Positions 15,897 through 28,100 of a stretch of DNA of 64,000 nucleotides are shown piece after piece; the stretch's first letter is position 1; every line of letters begins with the position of its first letter. The position numbers and the translations under genes are program-made. The DNA is from a virus (taxonomy: Duplodnaviria > Caudoviricetes), in the IMG/VR virus record IMGVR_UViG_3300021958_000024, one strand, 5' to 3'. The notes under the pieces are model-generated. The model worked only from the letters and a program-made list of their open reading frames with translations. It made no database searches and was not told the DNA's origin.

Positions 15897-16044
15897 TCCA
15901 AGGGTTACAATCTATTATGATGGAAAGATCCTTTATAAAGATTTAACTTACGATGAAACAACTGAGATGCTTGACGAAATGGCATCTCAGTTTTATGATA
16001 ACAATGCATACGATCCAAACAAAATCGAACTGGAGATTAACTGA
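15874..16044 (+). CDS. Small hypothetical protein (56 aa)
   Basis: MKKPESSDPRVTIYYDGKILYKDL...; fills the gap between neighbours. Confidence 0.55.
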   Translation: MKKPESSDPRVTIYYDGKILYKDLTYDETTEMLDEMASQFYDNNAYDPNKIELEIN

Positions 16045-16046
16045 TT

Positions 16047-16190
16047 ATGGCAAAGCGACCTAGTTTTACTGGCGGGCAAAAGATTGAGTCCAAACCCAAA
16101 TCTACCCTTCAGGGTCAAGGGAAGAACACAAAATATGCTGCCACATCTCGTAATAATGCTCGCAAACCTTATCGTGGTCAGGGCAAGTAA
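16047..16190 (+). CDS. Small basic protein (47 aa, ...RKPYRGQGK)
   Basis: GGAGA RBS, ATG-TAA frame, TAATG overlap. Confidence 0.65.
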   Translation: MAKRPSFTGGQKIESKPKSTLQGQGKNTKYAATSRNNARKPYRGQGK

Positions 16191-16488
16191 TGAAAGTCTT
16201 TGATGAATACTCACAAATTCATCAAGATGACCTTTGGGTTTATAATAAACTTATTTTAAGTCGGAAACTTGTGGACCTTCTGGAGTCCCTGTACCCAAGT
16301 TTCCGACTTTTTTATTGTCAGACCTTGTATGAATTTTATGGGTATGGGGCGCTTTACTCGGAAAGAACCGATTTTAACCGTAAGAGGCATACAAAATCAC
16401 GGAAAAGCTCTCTATAAATGGGAAAAATGGTAAATATAAGTATATGGAAGATCCAGATTACTTAAGAAGGGGATTTTTAATAGACTGA
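16190..16488 (+). pseudogene. Frameshifted, internally deleted remnant of a cyanophage hypothetical gene
   Basis: Protein-like blocks in successive frames: DLWVYNKLILSRK / TCGPSGVPVPK / DFFIVRPCMNFMGMGRF...LYKWEKW* / EDPDYLRRGF. Confidence 0.6.
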
Positions 16489-16541
16489 TACGGGATAGAA
16501 ACCCCGTAAAAAGTTCTGTTAACATAACTAGGAGTAAAAAG

Positions 16542-16784
16542 ATGGCTATCCATCCAGAACCAGATAGAGATGTAAACTATATGAAAGAGATTTGGGGAAC
16601 AACAAGCTTAATCACCGATTATTGGGCAGGAAGATCAAAACCTAAAATGCTTCGTGAGATTGCAGAAGACGATATGACACCTAAAAAGCATGATTTTAAA
16701 GTGCAAAAAGAGGTTCATGAAAGGATTCGAAATGATGATGACTATGATGACTGGGAATATGGAACAGAACCTATATTTGGGTGA
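16542..16784 (+). CDS. Hypothetical protein
   Basis: 80-aa ORF with AGGAG RBS. Confidence 0.75.
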   Translation: MAIHPEPDRDVNYMKEIWGTTSLITDYWAGRSKPKMLREIAEDDMTPKKHDFKVQKEVHERIRNDDDYDDWEYGTEPIFG

Positions 16785-16812
16785 TAAATAAACATAGTTT
16801 AAATACTATTAA

Positions 16813-17214
16813 ATGCCATTAGAACGGGTATCAGCGGGTTTTAAGGATATTAGTGCAAGTTTTCAGTTTAACCCACTGAATAGGGACCTTATTGCAATCA
16901 AAAATGAGACCGCAATAGCCCGTTCTATTCGAAATATTGTAATGACTACCCCTGAAGAGAAACCATTTAATCCAAGATTTGGTTCTAGAGTATCAGATCT
17001 TTTATTTGAAAATATGGATTTTGCTACTGCAGCACTAATCAAGGATCAAATAAAAAATTCTATTGAAAACTATGAACCAAGGGTAAAACTTGATGAAGTT
17101 ATTGTCATTCCAGACTATGATAATAGCGAATTTAATATTACTATTAAGTATTTTATCATTGGTATAGATGCTTTACCACAACAACTATCGTTCGTATTAC
17201 AGCCTACTAGATAA
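16813..17214 (+). CDS. g25: Baseplate wedge subunit gp25
   Basis: EKPFNPRFGS...YEPRV gp25 motifs; position before g6; ATAAATA late promoter at 16784. Confidence 0.93.
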   Translation: MPLERVSAGFKDISASFQFNPLNRDLIAIKNETAIARSIRNIVMTTPEEKPFNPRFGSRVSDLLFENMDFATAALIKDQIKNSIENYEPRVKLDEVIVIPDYDNSEFNITIKYFIIGIDALPQQLSFVLQPTR

Positions 17215-19131
17215 ATGGCAATAGTAAACTTCACAAATTTAGATTTTGATCAGATAAAAGATAGTATAACGCAATATCTAAGATCAAACTCAAACTTTAC
17301 GGATTATGATTTTCAGGGATCTAATCTATCAACTATTATTGATGCTCTAGCATACAACAGTTACATATCAGCATATAATGCTAATATGATAACCAATGAA
17401 GTTTTTATTGATAGTTCTACATTAAGAGAGAACGTAGTATCTTTGGCAAAGCATATTGGATACTTACCAAGATCCAGAAACTGTTCCAAAGCTATTATAT
17501 CATTTATTGTCAATCTATCATCTGGTAATATATCACCAACTTACTTAACTTTAAAATCTGGCATTATCTGCACAACCCAAGTTGGATTCACTAAAACCAA
17601 CTATATTTTCTCCTTAAGAGATGATATTGTTGCTCCTGTTGTAAATGGGATTGCAGTTTTTAATAATGTTGAGATTCTAGAAGGAAGTCTAGTCTCACAA
17701 TCATTTACTGTTAATAGTATTCTTCCAAATCAGAGATATATTTTAGATAATGCAAATATTGATACTAATACTATTAGGGCAGTCGTAAGAAAAAGTGCCG
17801 AAAGTTCTGTTACTGAGGTTTTCAGTCTTTGTAAAGACTTTTGTGCTATTGGATCAGAATCTAGAGTATTTTTCCTACAAGAGATTGAAGACCAAAGATA
17901 TGAGATAATCTTTGGTGATGGAGTATTTGGTAGGAAACTTGAAGATGGTAATATTGTAGAACTCTCTTATATTGTTAGTGATGGTGGCGAAGAATCTAAT
18001 AATATTGAGACCTTTAAGTATGTTGGCAAGATTTATGATAATAATAACAGATTTGTAGATGCTGGCATTTCTCTAGTATCTTCTGATGGACCATCTCAAG
18101 GTGGTAGAAACATTGAATCCATTGATTCTATTAAAAAGTTTGCACCTAGATTATATTCTGCTCAAGGTAGAGCGGTCACTTCATCAGATTATGAAGCTAT
18201 AGTTACTCAGATTTATCCCGAAGCAGAATCAGTTTCTGTTTTTGGTGGTGAAGAGTTAGATCCACCACAATATGGTAAGGTTTTTATTACTATCAAACCA
18301 TATGAGGGAGATATCTTACCAATATCAGTTAAAAATAATATCAAAGATTCTTTAGGTAAATATGGTGTTGCTGGTATTAGACCAGAGATTATTGACCTTA
18401 AATACCTCTATGTTGAATATGATAGTAGTGTTTACTATGATATCAATAAAGTTGGCAGTGTAAATTCATTGAGATCAAACATTGCAGATTCTATTGAAAG
18501 ATATGCAGACTCTGTTGAGTTGAATAAGTATGGTGCTAGATTTAAATATAGTAAGTTCTTGAAGATTATTGATGATACTGATGCATCTATCACATCAAAC
18601 ATCACTAAAATTACTATAAGAAGAGATCTAAAAGCATCTATTAATGCTTTAGCTGAATATGAGATTTGTTATGGTAATAGTATACATGTTAATAACTGTG
18701 ATGGTTATAATATAAGGTCTTCTGGATTTAAGGTCTCTAACTACGTTGATACTGTCTATATTACCGATATTCCTAAAAGAGGGGGTATGGGTGAGATAAT
18801 CCTGTTTAAGTTGAATGGAGGCGTTCCTGTAGTGCTTAGAAGGAACTATGGGAAGGTGGATTATAAGAAGGGTGAGATTGTTCTATATCCAACTATTATT
18901 ACCTCTACAGAAAAAATCAAGTTCAATACCTCAGTTATTGAAATTTCTGGATCTCCATCTTCAAATGATGTTATTGGATTACAAGATCTATATCTTCAGT
19001 TAGACACTACAAATAGTATGTTAAATATGATTAGAGATTCAATATCTTCTGGGGAAGATACTTCAGGATCCTCGTTCATAACCTCATCAAGCTACACAAA
19101 CTCAACCAGCGGACAGTATATAAGAAACTAA
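17215..19131 (+). CDS. g6: Baseplate wedge subunit gp6
   Basis: LDFDQIK...FTDYDFQGS, RENVVSLAK, AQGRAVTSSDYE, PPQYGKVFI. Confidence 0.95.
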   Translation: MAIVNFTNLDFDQIKDSITQYLRSNSNFTDYDFQGSNLSTIIDALAYNSYISAYNANMITNEVFIDSSTLRENVVSLAKHIGYLPRSRNCSKAIISFIVNLSSGNISPTYLTLKSGIICTTQVGFTKTNYIFSLRDDIVAPVVNGIAVFNNVEILEGSLVSQSFTVNSILPNQRYILDNANIDTNTIRAVVRKSAESSVTEVFSLCKDFCAIGSESRVFFLQEIEDQRYEIIFGDGVFGRKLEDGNIVELSYIVSDGGEESNNIETFKYVGKIYDNNNRFVDAGISLVSSDGPSQGGRNIESIDSIKKFAPRLYSAQGRAVTSSDYEAIVTQIYPEAESVSVFGGEELDPPQYGKVFITIKPYEGDILPISVKNNIKDSLGKYGVAGIRPEIIDLKYLYVEYDSSVYYDINKVGSVNSLRSNIADSIERYADSVELNKYGARFKYSKFLKIIDDTDASITSNITKITIRRDLKASINALAEYEICYGNSIHVNNCDGYNIRSSGFKVSNYVDTVYITDIPKRGGMGEIILFKLNGGVPVVLRRNYGKVDYKKGEIVLYPTIITSTEKIKFNTSVIEISGSPSSNDVIGLQDLYLQLDTTNSMLNMIRDSISSGEDTSGSSFITSSSYTNSTSGQYIRN

Positions 19132-19135
19132 AAAT

Positions 19136-22100
19136 ATGGAAAAAGTATCTCTTAATAGTCTTGTAGAAAATCTTGTTCCCGAGTATGTTAGGGAAGAGTA
19201 TCCCCTGCTTGTAGAGTTTTTAAAAGAATACTATATCTCACAAGAAACTTCTGGGCAATCTCTAGACCTTATTCAAAATCTAGCAGAATATGTCAAGATT
19301 GATAACTTGACAAACCTAGTAGATTCTTGCAATCTAACTGCAAGTATTTCTTATTACGAAAAGGATATCTTTGTAGATACTACTAGAGGATTTCCATCTT
19401 CGCAAGGTCTTATTCAGATCAATGATGAGGTTATTTTTTATGATAGATCTGTAGAAGAGGAACCTATTGAGTTTGTTGGTAAGATTGATATTGGATTTAA
19501 TGAGATTACCAGTACTGAAGTTGAGGACACTACATCTACTGTTGGTTGGTATGTAAGAGTTTATAACTTAGATGAATCTAAATTTATTGGCGAAGGTCTT
19601 GTAACTGGCACCAATGATGGTAATAATATCAAAGTCAACTTTACACCAGTACCTTCTTCAGATATTGATGGATATGAGACTTCTGACCTATACATCTGTA
19701 AGATCACCAGATCCAAGTTTACGGGGTGTAGAAGGGGTTTCTCGGGGGTTACAGGACTAAAGGATAGTGTAACGTCGAATAAACTCATTTTCACGTCTAC
19801 GAAGGCATCTAAGCATAAGAATGGTGATGTTGTAACCAACTTAAATATCATCTTACTCAAAGAGTTTTTTAGAAAAATAAAAGTCCAGATTGCTCCTGGA
19901 TTTGAAAATGAGGAGTTTTATGACGTTATTAATGAGTCAACTTTTGTAAAAAATATTAAAGAGTTTTATAGATCCAAGGGTTCTGAATGCTCATTTGATT
20001 TATTATTCAAAGCATTATATGGAAAACCAGTAGATATTGTTATTCCAAGTAACTATCTGGTAGAACCTTCTAGTTCTAGATATTCCATCACAAAAAATCT
20101 TATTGTAGAACTTATTGAAGGTGATGCAAGCGAGTTAGAAAATAGAACATTATACCAAGATACCCAGTTTAATATTCCAAATACAAGGGGTATTATTACA
20201 AAACTAGAAAAACTGCAAAAAGATAATAAAGATTTTTATCGTTTATATATTGATAACTCTATTGAGGAAAACTACGATTCCACATATGGAAACTTTACCA
20301 TTCATCCTAAAACTAAAAATACTACACGTATAGAAAAAAATCAAACATTTGTTGATGTTGATTCAACCATTGGATTTCCTCTTAGTGGAACTTTAGTATT
20401 AAAAGATGACTTCAACCTAGAATATCGCGTAGAATATACTTCCAAAACATCTACACAGTTTTTGGGATGTACTGGATTAACAAGAGATTTTGAAGAGAAT
20501 AGTGATATTAATCTAGATGTATATTCGTATGTCAATGTTACGGGTGGTCAAGTTAAAGTACGTGTAACAGGTGTTCTTGATAATAGTATTGAATCTACTA
20601 TATTACCATCGGTAAAAAATCTAAGAAAAAATGATTATCTTCCAATAAAAACACTTGGTACTGAAATAAAAAATGATCCAAGATCTTCTTCTTGGATTTA
20701 TAACATTCCCAAAACTTATCAAGTAAAATCTATTGAGTTATTAGATAACACTGATTTTGCTTACAGAGTTTATTTTTATGAAAAGCATGATCTATCAGTT
20801 GGTCAAAACATTACTCTAACCCCAGTATCTGACATTTCTGGTTCCTATAATGGGGCTGTTGTTGAATGGAATAACCAGTTTTCTGTTATTGTAAGAGGTA
20901 GTAGAGTATTTTTAAATGAAAATATTAAATATGATTTAGAGAAAAAACTAAACAAATCAAACTTTGATGGAATAATCAACTATCCAGCTGATGTTCAGAA
21001 TACTTATTATGACAGAAAAACAGATGACATTTATGTAAACTCGCAATCTTTACCACTTTATAGACCATCTTTTGAAGTTGAAGAGTTAAATGTAAATAAA
21101 AGAATACGTGCATTTTCTGGCATATTTAAAGATCAAGACACTTTAGATATTGGTAAACATGGTTTTATAACTGGAGATGCTGTAGTATACAAACCCAGAA
21201 CTGTTTCATATATCCCAAGTTATACTCTTGATGCAAATGGTGTAAGAAGCTATAAGTTTATCAATAATGAAACTGGAGATTATGAGAATAATCCAACTTT
21301 GGTTCTAATAAGAGGTAAAAAATATACCTTTAGAAATGATATGAATCAACACCCCTTTAGGATTCAGATAGAATCCAATGGGACAGTTAGTGATCAATAC
21401 AATGATGGCATTAAAAATAATGATGTAAGTAATGGCGTATTAGTTTGGGAGGTTCAAGAAGATACTCCAGATGTTTTATATTATCAATGTTTGAACCATC
21501 AAGCAATGGGTGGTGTAATCAATATTATTGACGAAGATGAGCAAAAATCTTTAGATATTGATAAAGGAATATATTTTATTGAAAAAGTATCGCCAACTCA
21601 GATTAAACTTTATAGAAGTAGAACAAATATAGTTAAAGGTCAGTCAGTAAAATTTAGTGGCGTCGTTATCCAAGATACTATTGAATCGTATGATTATGTT
21701 TACAAAAATCTTGACAGTAGAAAGATAGAACCTCAGGATATCATCAGAAAAATAGTTCGTCACCCAGGACATGAAAATTCTAATGTATCAGCAAAGATTA
21801 CTGAATCAGGTACTATTGGTATTTGGAGAAATGGTATTGAACTATTAAACTATAAATCTAAAGATTTCATCTCTTATGGTCAAATTAAATCTCTAGACGT
21901 TCTTTCAAAAGGTTCTGGTTATGATGTAATCAATGTTCCTTATTTGCGAATTACTGATCCAAACGGTTCTGGATGTGTATCTAACCTTTCGGTAAAAGGT
22001 TATTTAAGTAGAATCGATATATTAGATAAGGGATTTGATTATATTGAAACTCCAGTGATAAAAATATCTGGGGGTAATGGAACTGGAGCAAAAGCAGAAG

Positions 22101-25100
22101 TAGAACTTGAAAAATATGTCCATTTTTCAACTTTTAATGCTTCTGAAGTAGATCTTGTAAATGATAGTATCGGTTTTTCTACTTATCACAAGTTTAAAGA
22201 TGGAGAATCCATTCAATATGAAACTTTGGGTCAAGTAGCTATTGCTGGTTTATCCACATCTTCATATTATTTTGTATCTCTTGTTGATAGTTACAATGTG
22301 AAGTTGCATAAATCCAAATCTGATGCTTTAGATAATAGAAATCCAATCAATCTGTATCAAATAGGAACTGGAAAGCACAATTTAAAGTCCACAAATAGAA
22401 AAAATAGAGTAAAAAGAGTAAATATTTCCCAAAATGGATATGGTTATGAGCAAAAATACAGATCATGTCCATCTTCTGGCATTAGTACATATAAAGATTT
22501 GATTGAAATCAAAGATCATGGTTATCAAAGTGGAGAAATAGTCACCTATAATCCAAAAATTGCTCCAGTTGCTGGTCTTTCATCTGGAACGGACTATTAT
22601 GTACTAAAAAATGATGATGATTCTTTCAGATTATGCGCTATTACAGGAATTTCAACACAAAAAGACATTTTTTATAAGCAGAAAAAGTATATTAACTTTG
22701 ATGGATTTATAGAGGGCGATCATACGTTCAAATATCAGGATATTGTAGTCACAATTGAGGGAAGATCTTCATTAAGTCAGGAAGATCTTAATGCTGATAC
22801 AAATGCTAGAATAAGACCCATTTTTAGTGGTGAAATTGATAGTGTTTTTATCGAAAATGGTGGTCAAAAGTACGGATCTCAAGTTTCAAACTTTGTTTCT
22901 CAACCAAATATTCAGATTTTACAGGGCAGAAATGCTAGATTAAAACCCATTATTAAAAATGGCGAGATTATTTCTGTAATAATCCAAGATCCAGGAAAAG
23001 ATTATTATTCCACACCAGATGTTTCTGTAATTGGTACTGGAGTTGGTGCAAACTTGATTCCAATCGTAAAAGATGGTTATATTTCTGATATTATAATCGA
23101 AAATCCTGGAATCGGATATCAATCTGAAGGTACTCAAGCACTTGTAGTCAACAGAGGAATCTCTGGTAGTATTTCTGCAAATATTCAGACTTGGAGAATA
23201 AATCTCGTTGAAAGATATGTTTCGACTGGACTGATTTCACCAGAAGATTCTTTCCTGTATGAAGGAAAAACAAAATCAAGAGGAATTCAATATGTTCATA
23301 CATATGCACCAAGAAAACTTAGAGAGATTTCTCTTGCTAGTAGATTCTTAAATGGTGTTGAAGTTTTTAATCCAGATTTAGAACTTATTAATGGAGTTGA
23401 ATCAGTTTCTTTAGCACATTCTCCAATTCTTGGATGGGCATATGATGGAAATCCAATCTATGGTCCATACGCTTATTCATCACAGACTGGTGGTAGAATA
23501 ATCCAGATGACTTCAGGATATGAATTAAGAACTGATTTAAACAAAGACAAAAATAGACCAAATCTAGTAGATTTTCCACCAGGATTTTTTATTGAAGATT
23601 ATACATTCACTGGAAATGGTACATTGGATAAACATAATGGAAGATATTGTGTTACTCCAGATTATCCAAATGGTGTTTATGCGTATTTCTGTACTGTAAA
23701 CACTGAGGTTGATTCAAATGGATTATTTAAATCATATAGAAGACCAGTTTTCCCATATGTTATTGGGAATGCATATATTTCTTCTCCTACAGAGTTCAAC
23801 TTTAAGTCAACATCAACTTTAGAATACTTTGATCTAAACACTTCTGATTTGACTAGAAATACTGCTCCATACAGCTTGCTGGCAGATACTATTAACTATC
23901 CATATTTAAAATATGATAAAGCATATAGAAATCAAAACGCAATCGTAAAATCTACAAAGTTTGGATCAGTAACTAGTGTTGGTATTGTTACTGGTGGTTA
24001 TAACTACAAAGTTGGAGATAGAGTTGTATTTGACGGACAAATTGATACATTTAAAGCAAAAGGTATGGTTAGCAAAGTAAAGGGGGTAGATGTTGAATCT
24101 ATCAGTTTACTTCACTCCGAATCGCAAAAATGCAATATTATAAAAACCAGTAAAGTATTCACTGCATTTACTGAAGACCCACATGGTTATACTCCTGGGG
24201 AGAGTGTAACATTAACATTCAATAATGAACTATTAACAACAACTGAGATAAATGTTAAGTTTAATATAATAACATTAAAGCAAAATCTTGATATTCCTTC
24301 AGTAACTGGAATTGTTACTCATATTTCTGTTGCAACTATTTTTGATTTGATTTATCCAAATGATGTTTATGAACTTAATAATGAAAAAATAAAGGTTTTA
24401 AGAGTAGAATCTAACAAGTCTAGATTATTAGTTCAAAGGGAATATGATGGTTCTATTGGATCAACTCACCAAGTATCTTCAGGATTTATTGAAGTTCCAA
24501 GAAAGTTCACCTTTAGTCCACAAAATTCTTTCATAACAACAAGTTTTACAAACTCTCTAGAAAATCCGTTATATTTTATCCCCTCAGAAAATGTTGGATT
24601 GAATACAGTAACAATCAATATAAGCAATCATCCTCTTATTACTGGTGATTTACTAGATTATTCAAATGAAGGTGGAACTTCTATAACCGTAGAAAATGAA
24701 AACGGATCATTCTTACTTTCTGATGTTGAACAGATTTATGCTGTAAAAATAAACAGCAATCTGATTGGTTTGACAACTGTATCTTCTGGAATCACCACAG
24801 ATCCACAACTATTGTTATTCACTAATGTTGGACTGGGTTCTGTTCACAGTCTAACTCCAAGATATTCAAATGTTTTAGAGTGTGATATTTCAGATGATAG
24901 AGTATTAGTTACTACAAGTACTCCACATGGTCTTTCTGTTGGCGATAGATTTGATCTTTATGTAGAATCGGGCATTTCTACAACTTATAAAGTAGAATAT
25001 AACAAACGAAACAGAGCTGTTATCATTGGAAGAAGAGATTTTGAGTCTTCTGATGTAAATACTTTAAAAAACTTCATTACAATAGAAAACCATAAGTATC

Positions 25101-28100
25101 AAAGTGGACAACAAGTAATATATCTATCATCTAATCCAGCAATAACTACTGGATTGGACCATGATAAAGTATATTATGTGTCTGCTATCACTTCTAATAG
25201 AATCAAGTTAGCAGAGCAGAAATATGATGCTCTGCTGGGCATAAACGCTGTAGATATTACAGCATCTCTTGCTGGATCAATATTACCAATAAATTCACCA
25301 CTAGAAGTTGTAAAATATGAAGATATTATTTTTGATCTTTCCGATTCTTCATTATCAATCGATAATGAGAGAGAAAAAGAGGCATTTGATTTTAGATTAT
25401 ATTGGGATCACATGTTGACCCATGAGTTCTATACAACTGCTAAACAACGTTCATTTGATCTGACATATAATGGTTCCATAGGTATTTCAAGTGATGCAAA
25501 AGCAACTCTAAGAAATAGTTCAAATCTACCAAAAGAGATTTATTATAATCTAGTTCCAAAGAGAAGATTTGGTAATAATACAGAAAATCTTGAACTTTAC
25601 ACTTATAAAAATAGATCAGATGATGGATATATTAATAACTCCATTAATGTTGTTGATAGTAAGTTTTCTAATACCTACAAAATCAACTCAAATACATCAA
25701 ATACATTTACAGCACCTATTTTTAATGACCCAGAAAGATATGAATATACTTCTGGTAGAGGAAACGTACTAAACTATTTTGTTAAATCTCCAGTTGTTGA
25801 AGGATCTATTGCTGAAATTGAGATTCAATCTAGAGGTGAAGGATATAAGAGTATCCCTAAAATAGATAAGATTGTTTCGGAAAATGGTAGTGGTGCCATT
25901 CTAAAGGTCGAAAGTAACAATATTGGTACACCATTAAATATCGAGTTTGACGATATTGGTTACGATTATTATTCTGACAATACTATTAGACCATCATCAA
26001 AAACTCCTACAATTATTGAGTTAGATTACTTGTCTTCTGTAAAGGAAGTTAAGGTTATTTCACCAGGTAAAAACTATTCTACTGCTCCAGATATCATCAT
26101 TATTGATGGATATACCAATAAGTTAGTGGAAGATTTGGAGTTTAAGTATAACATATTCACAAGAAAAGTCGATATTATTAAAAATACATATAACTTATCT
26201 GAATATTCACCAAAAATCCTCACTATAAACAACTCAAATGGCATTGGAATCAATACTATTACATTTAATGAGGATAATAAGCATGTAACTGTAGAACTTT
26301 CTCCATCATACAGTTTCTTACAAGACTTCCCATTTGAGATTGGTGATAAAGTATTGGTCGAAAATGTAAGTGTTGGTATTGCAACTACTGGTAAAGGTTA
26401 TAACTCAGAAAACTACAACTATACTACATTTACTATTATTGATAGAGATCCTGCTCTTGGTGGTATTGGAGCAACTGTTACATACAGTCTACAAAATCTT
26501 CTTGGAGAAGGAGAATCTCCTGGTAAGTTTAATGTTTTTAACTCAGTAGGAAGAATAGTTCCATTAAAATACTTACCAACTTTTGAGATTGAAACTCAAA
26601 AGAGTAAGTTCTTTAGCAATGAACCAGTTGTAGGAACCTCTGGTGCAAGAGGAAACATTCAGAGTATTGATTATGATAGAGACATTATTAAAGTTTATAC
26701 CCTGGATGATTTTAAGGTCGGAGATGTTCTTAGAGGACTAGTTTCTGGAAGAAGATCCAGAGTATTAAAAGTAGTCTCAGATGAGATAGATTTTCCAGTT
26801 ACTTCTGGATCCGTAGTTAGAAATGGATGGTCAACAAGAAAAGGTTTCTTAAATGATCCAGAACAAAGAATACACGATAGTGATTACTACCAATACTTCT
26901 CTTACTCTGTAAAATCTGAAGTTGACTATGAAACTTGGAATCCATATGTTTCAAATCTAGTCCATACTGTAGGATTTAAAAAGTTTAGTGATATTTTGGT
27001 TCCATCAGAACCAAACTCTTTTGTGGGAATAGAAACTATTCAATCATCTGGAGATATTAGTGGTATTGCTGACATCCATAGAGTTATTGACGTAGATTGC
27101 TATCAAGATTTTGATACTATTACAGAAACTACATCTATCATAAATGAGACTAGAAAATCTAAAGAGGTTATTCTAAGGTCTAGACTACTACAAGATTATA
27201 TTGAGTCTATTGGTAATAGAGTTTTAGAACTAGATGACATATCTTCAGAGTTTAATCAGGTTGTAAGATCTACAAGATATTCAACTATTGATGCATATGA
27301 AAGAGTCGTTGGATTTAGAAAATACTTTGTTATTGTTGAAAATATCGATAATCCATATGAAAGACAAGCAGGTGTAGTTCTACTACTCTCTGATGGTCTA
27401 AATGTATTTAATGTTGACTATGCAAAATTATTCCCACAAACAACTATTGGAGATTTTGATGCGGAGATTTCTGGTACTGAAGTTTTATTGAGATTCTTCC
27501 CAATCAGTTATAAAACGACAAACTACTTAGTCTTTGTAACTTCTTTAGAAATCGATGCTTCTACAGTTGGTGTTGGATCAATCTCAGAATCTATCCTTGG
27601 CGATGCTGTTCATATGTATTCTGAACAGATTCCAAGTATTGGTCCAGGTGTGTCTGAAGTCTTTAGATTATCTCTGAATGATACTACTAATAAGTTAATC
27701 ATTCACGTTGGTGCTGATAATGGATATGTGCAGACAGAAGAGTTGATTATTACTACTGATGGTACAGATCTATTCGTAAATGAATATGGATTTTTAAATA
27801 GTTCTGGTGGTGGTTCTGATAGTACTCCAGGTATTGCTACCTTTACATATTCTATAGATGGATCTGAAATCATTGTAACTGGTGCATTTGATTCACCAAA
27901 CTCAAATGAGTTCCAAGTAGATGCATCTATTACAGCATTCTCCTCGACAAATACTGGTGTAGGAACTGCTGCAGTAAATGGTGCTTTATTGGAGACTACA
28001 TACACTTCTTTCTCTGCATCACCAACACCAACCGCATCTACATTATCATCTTTTGGTGGTAGATATGATGCAACATATGTGATTGCTTCTGTACAAGATT

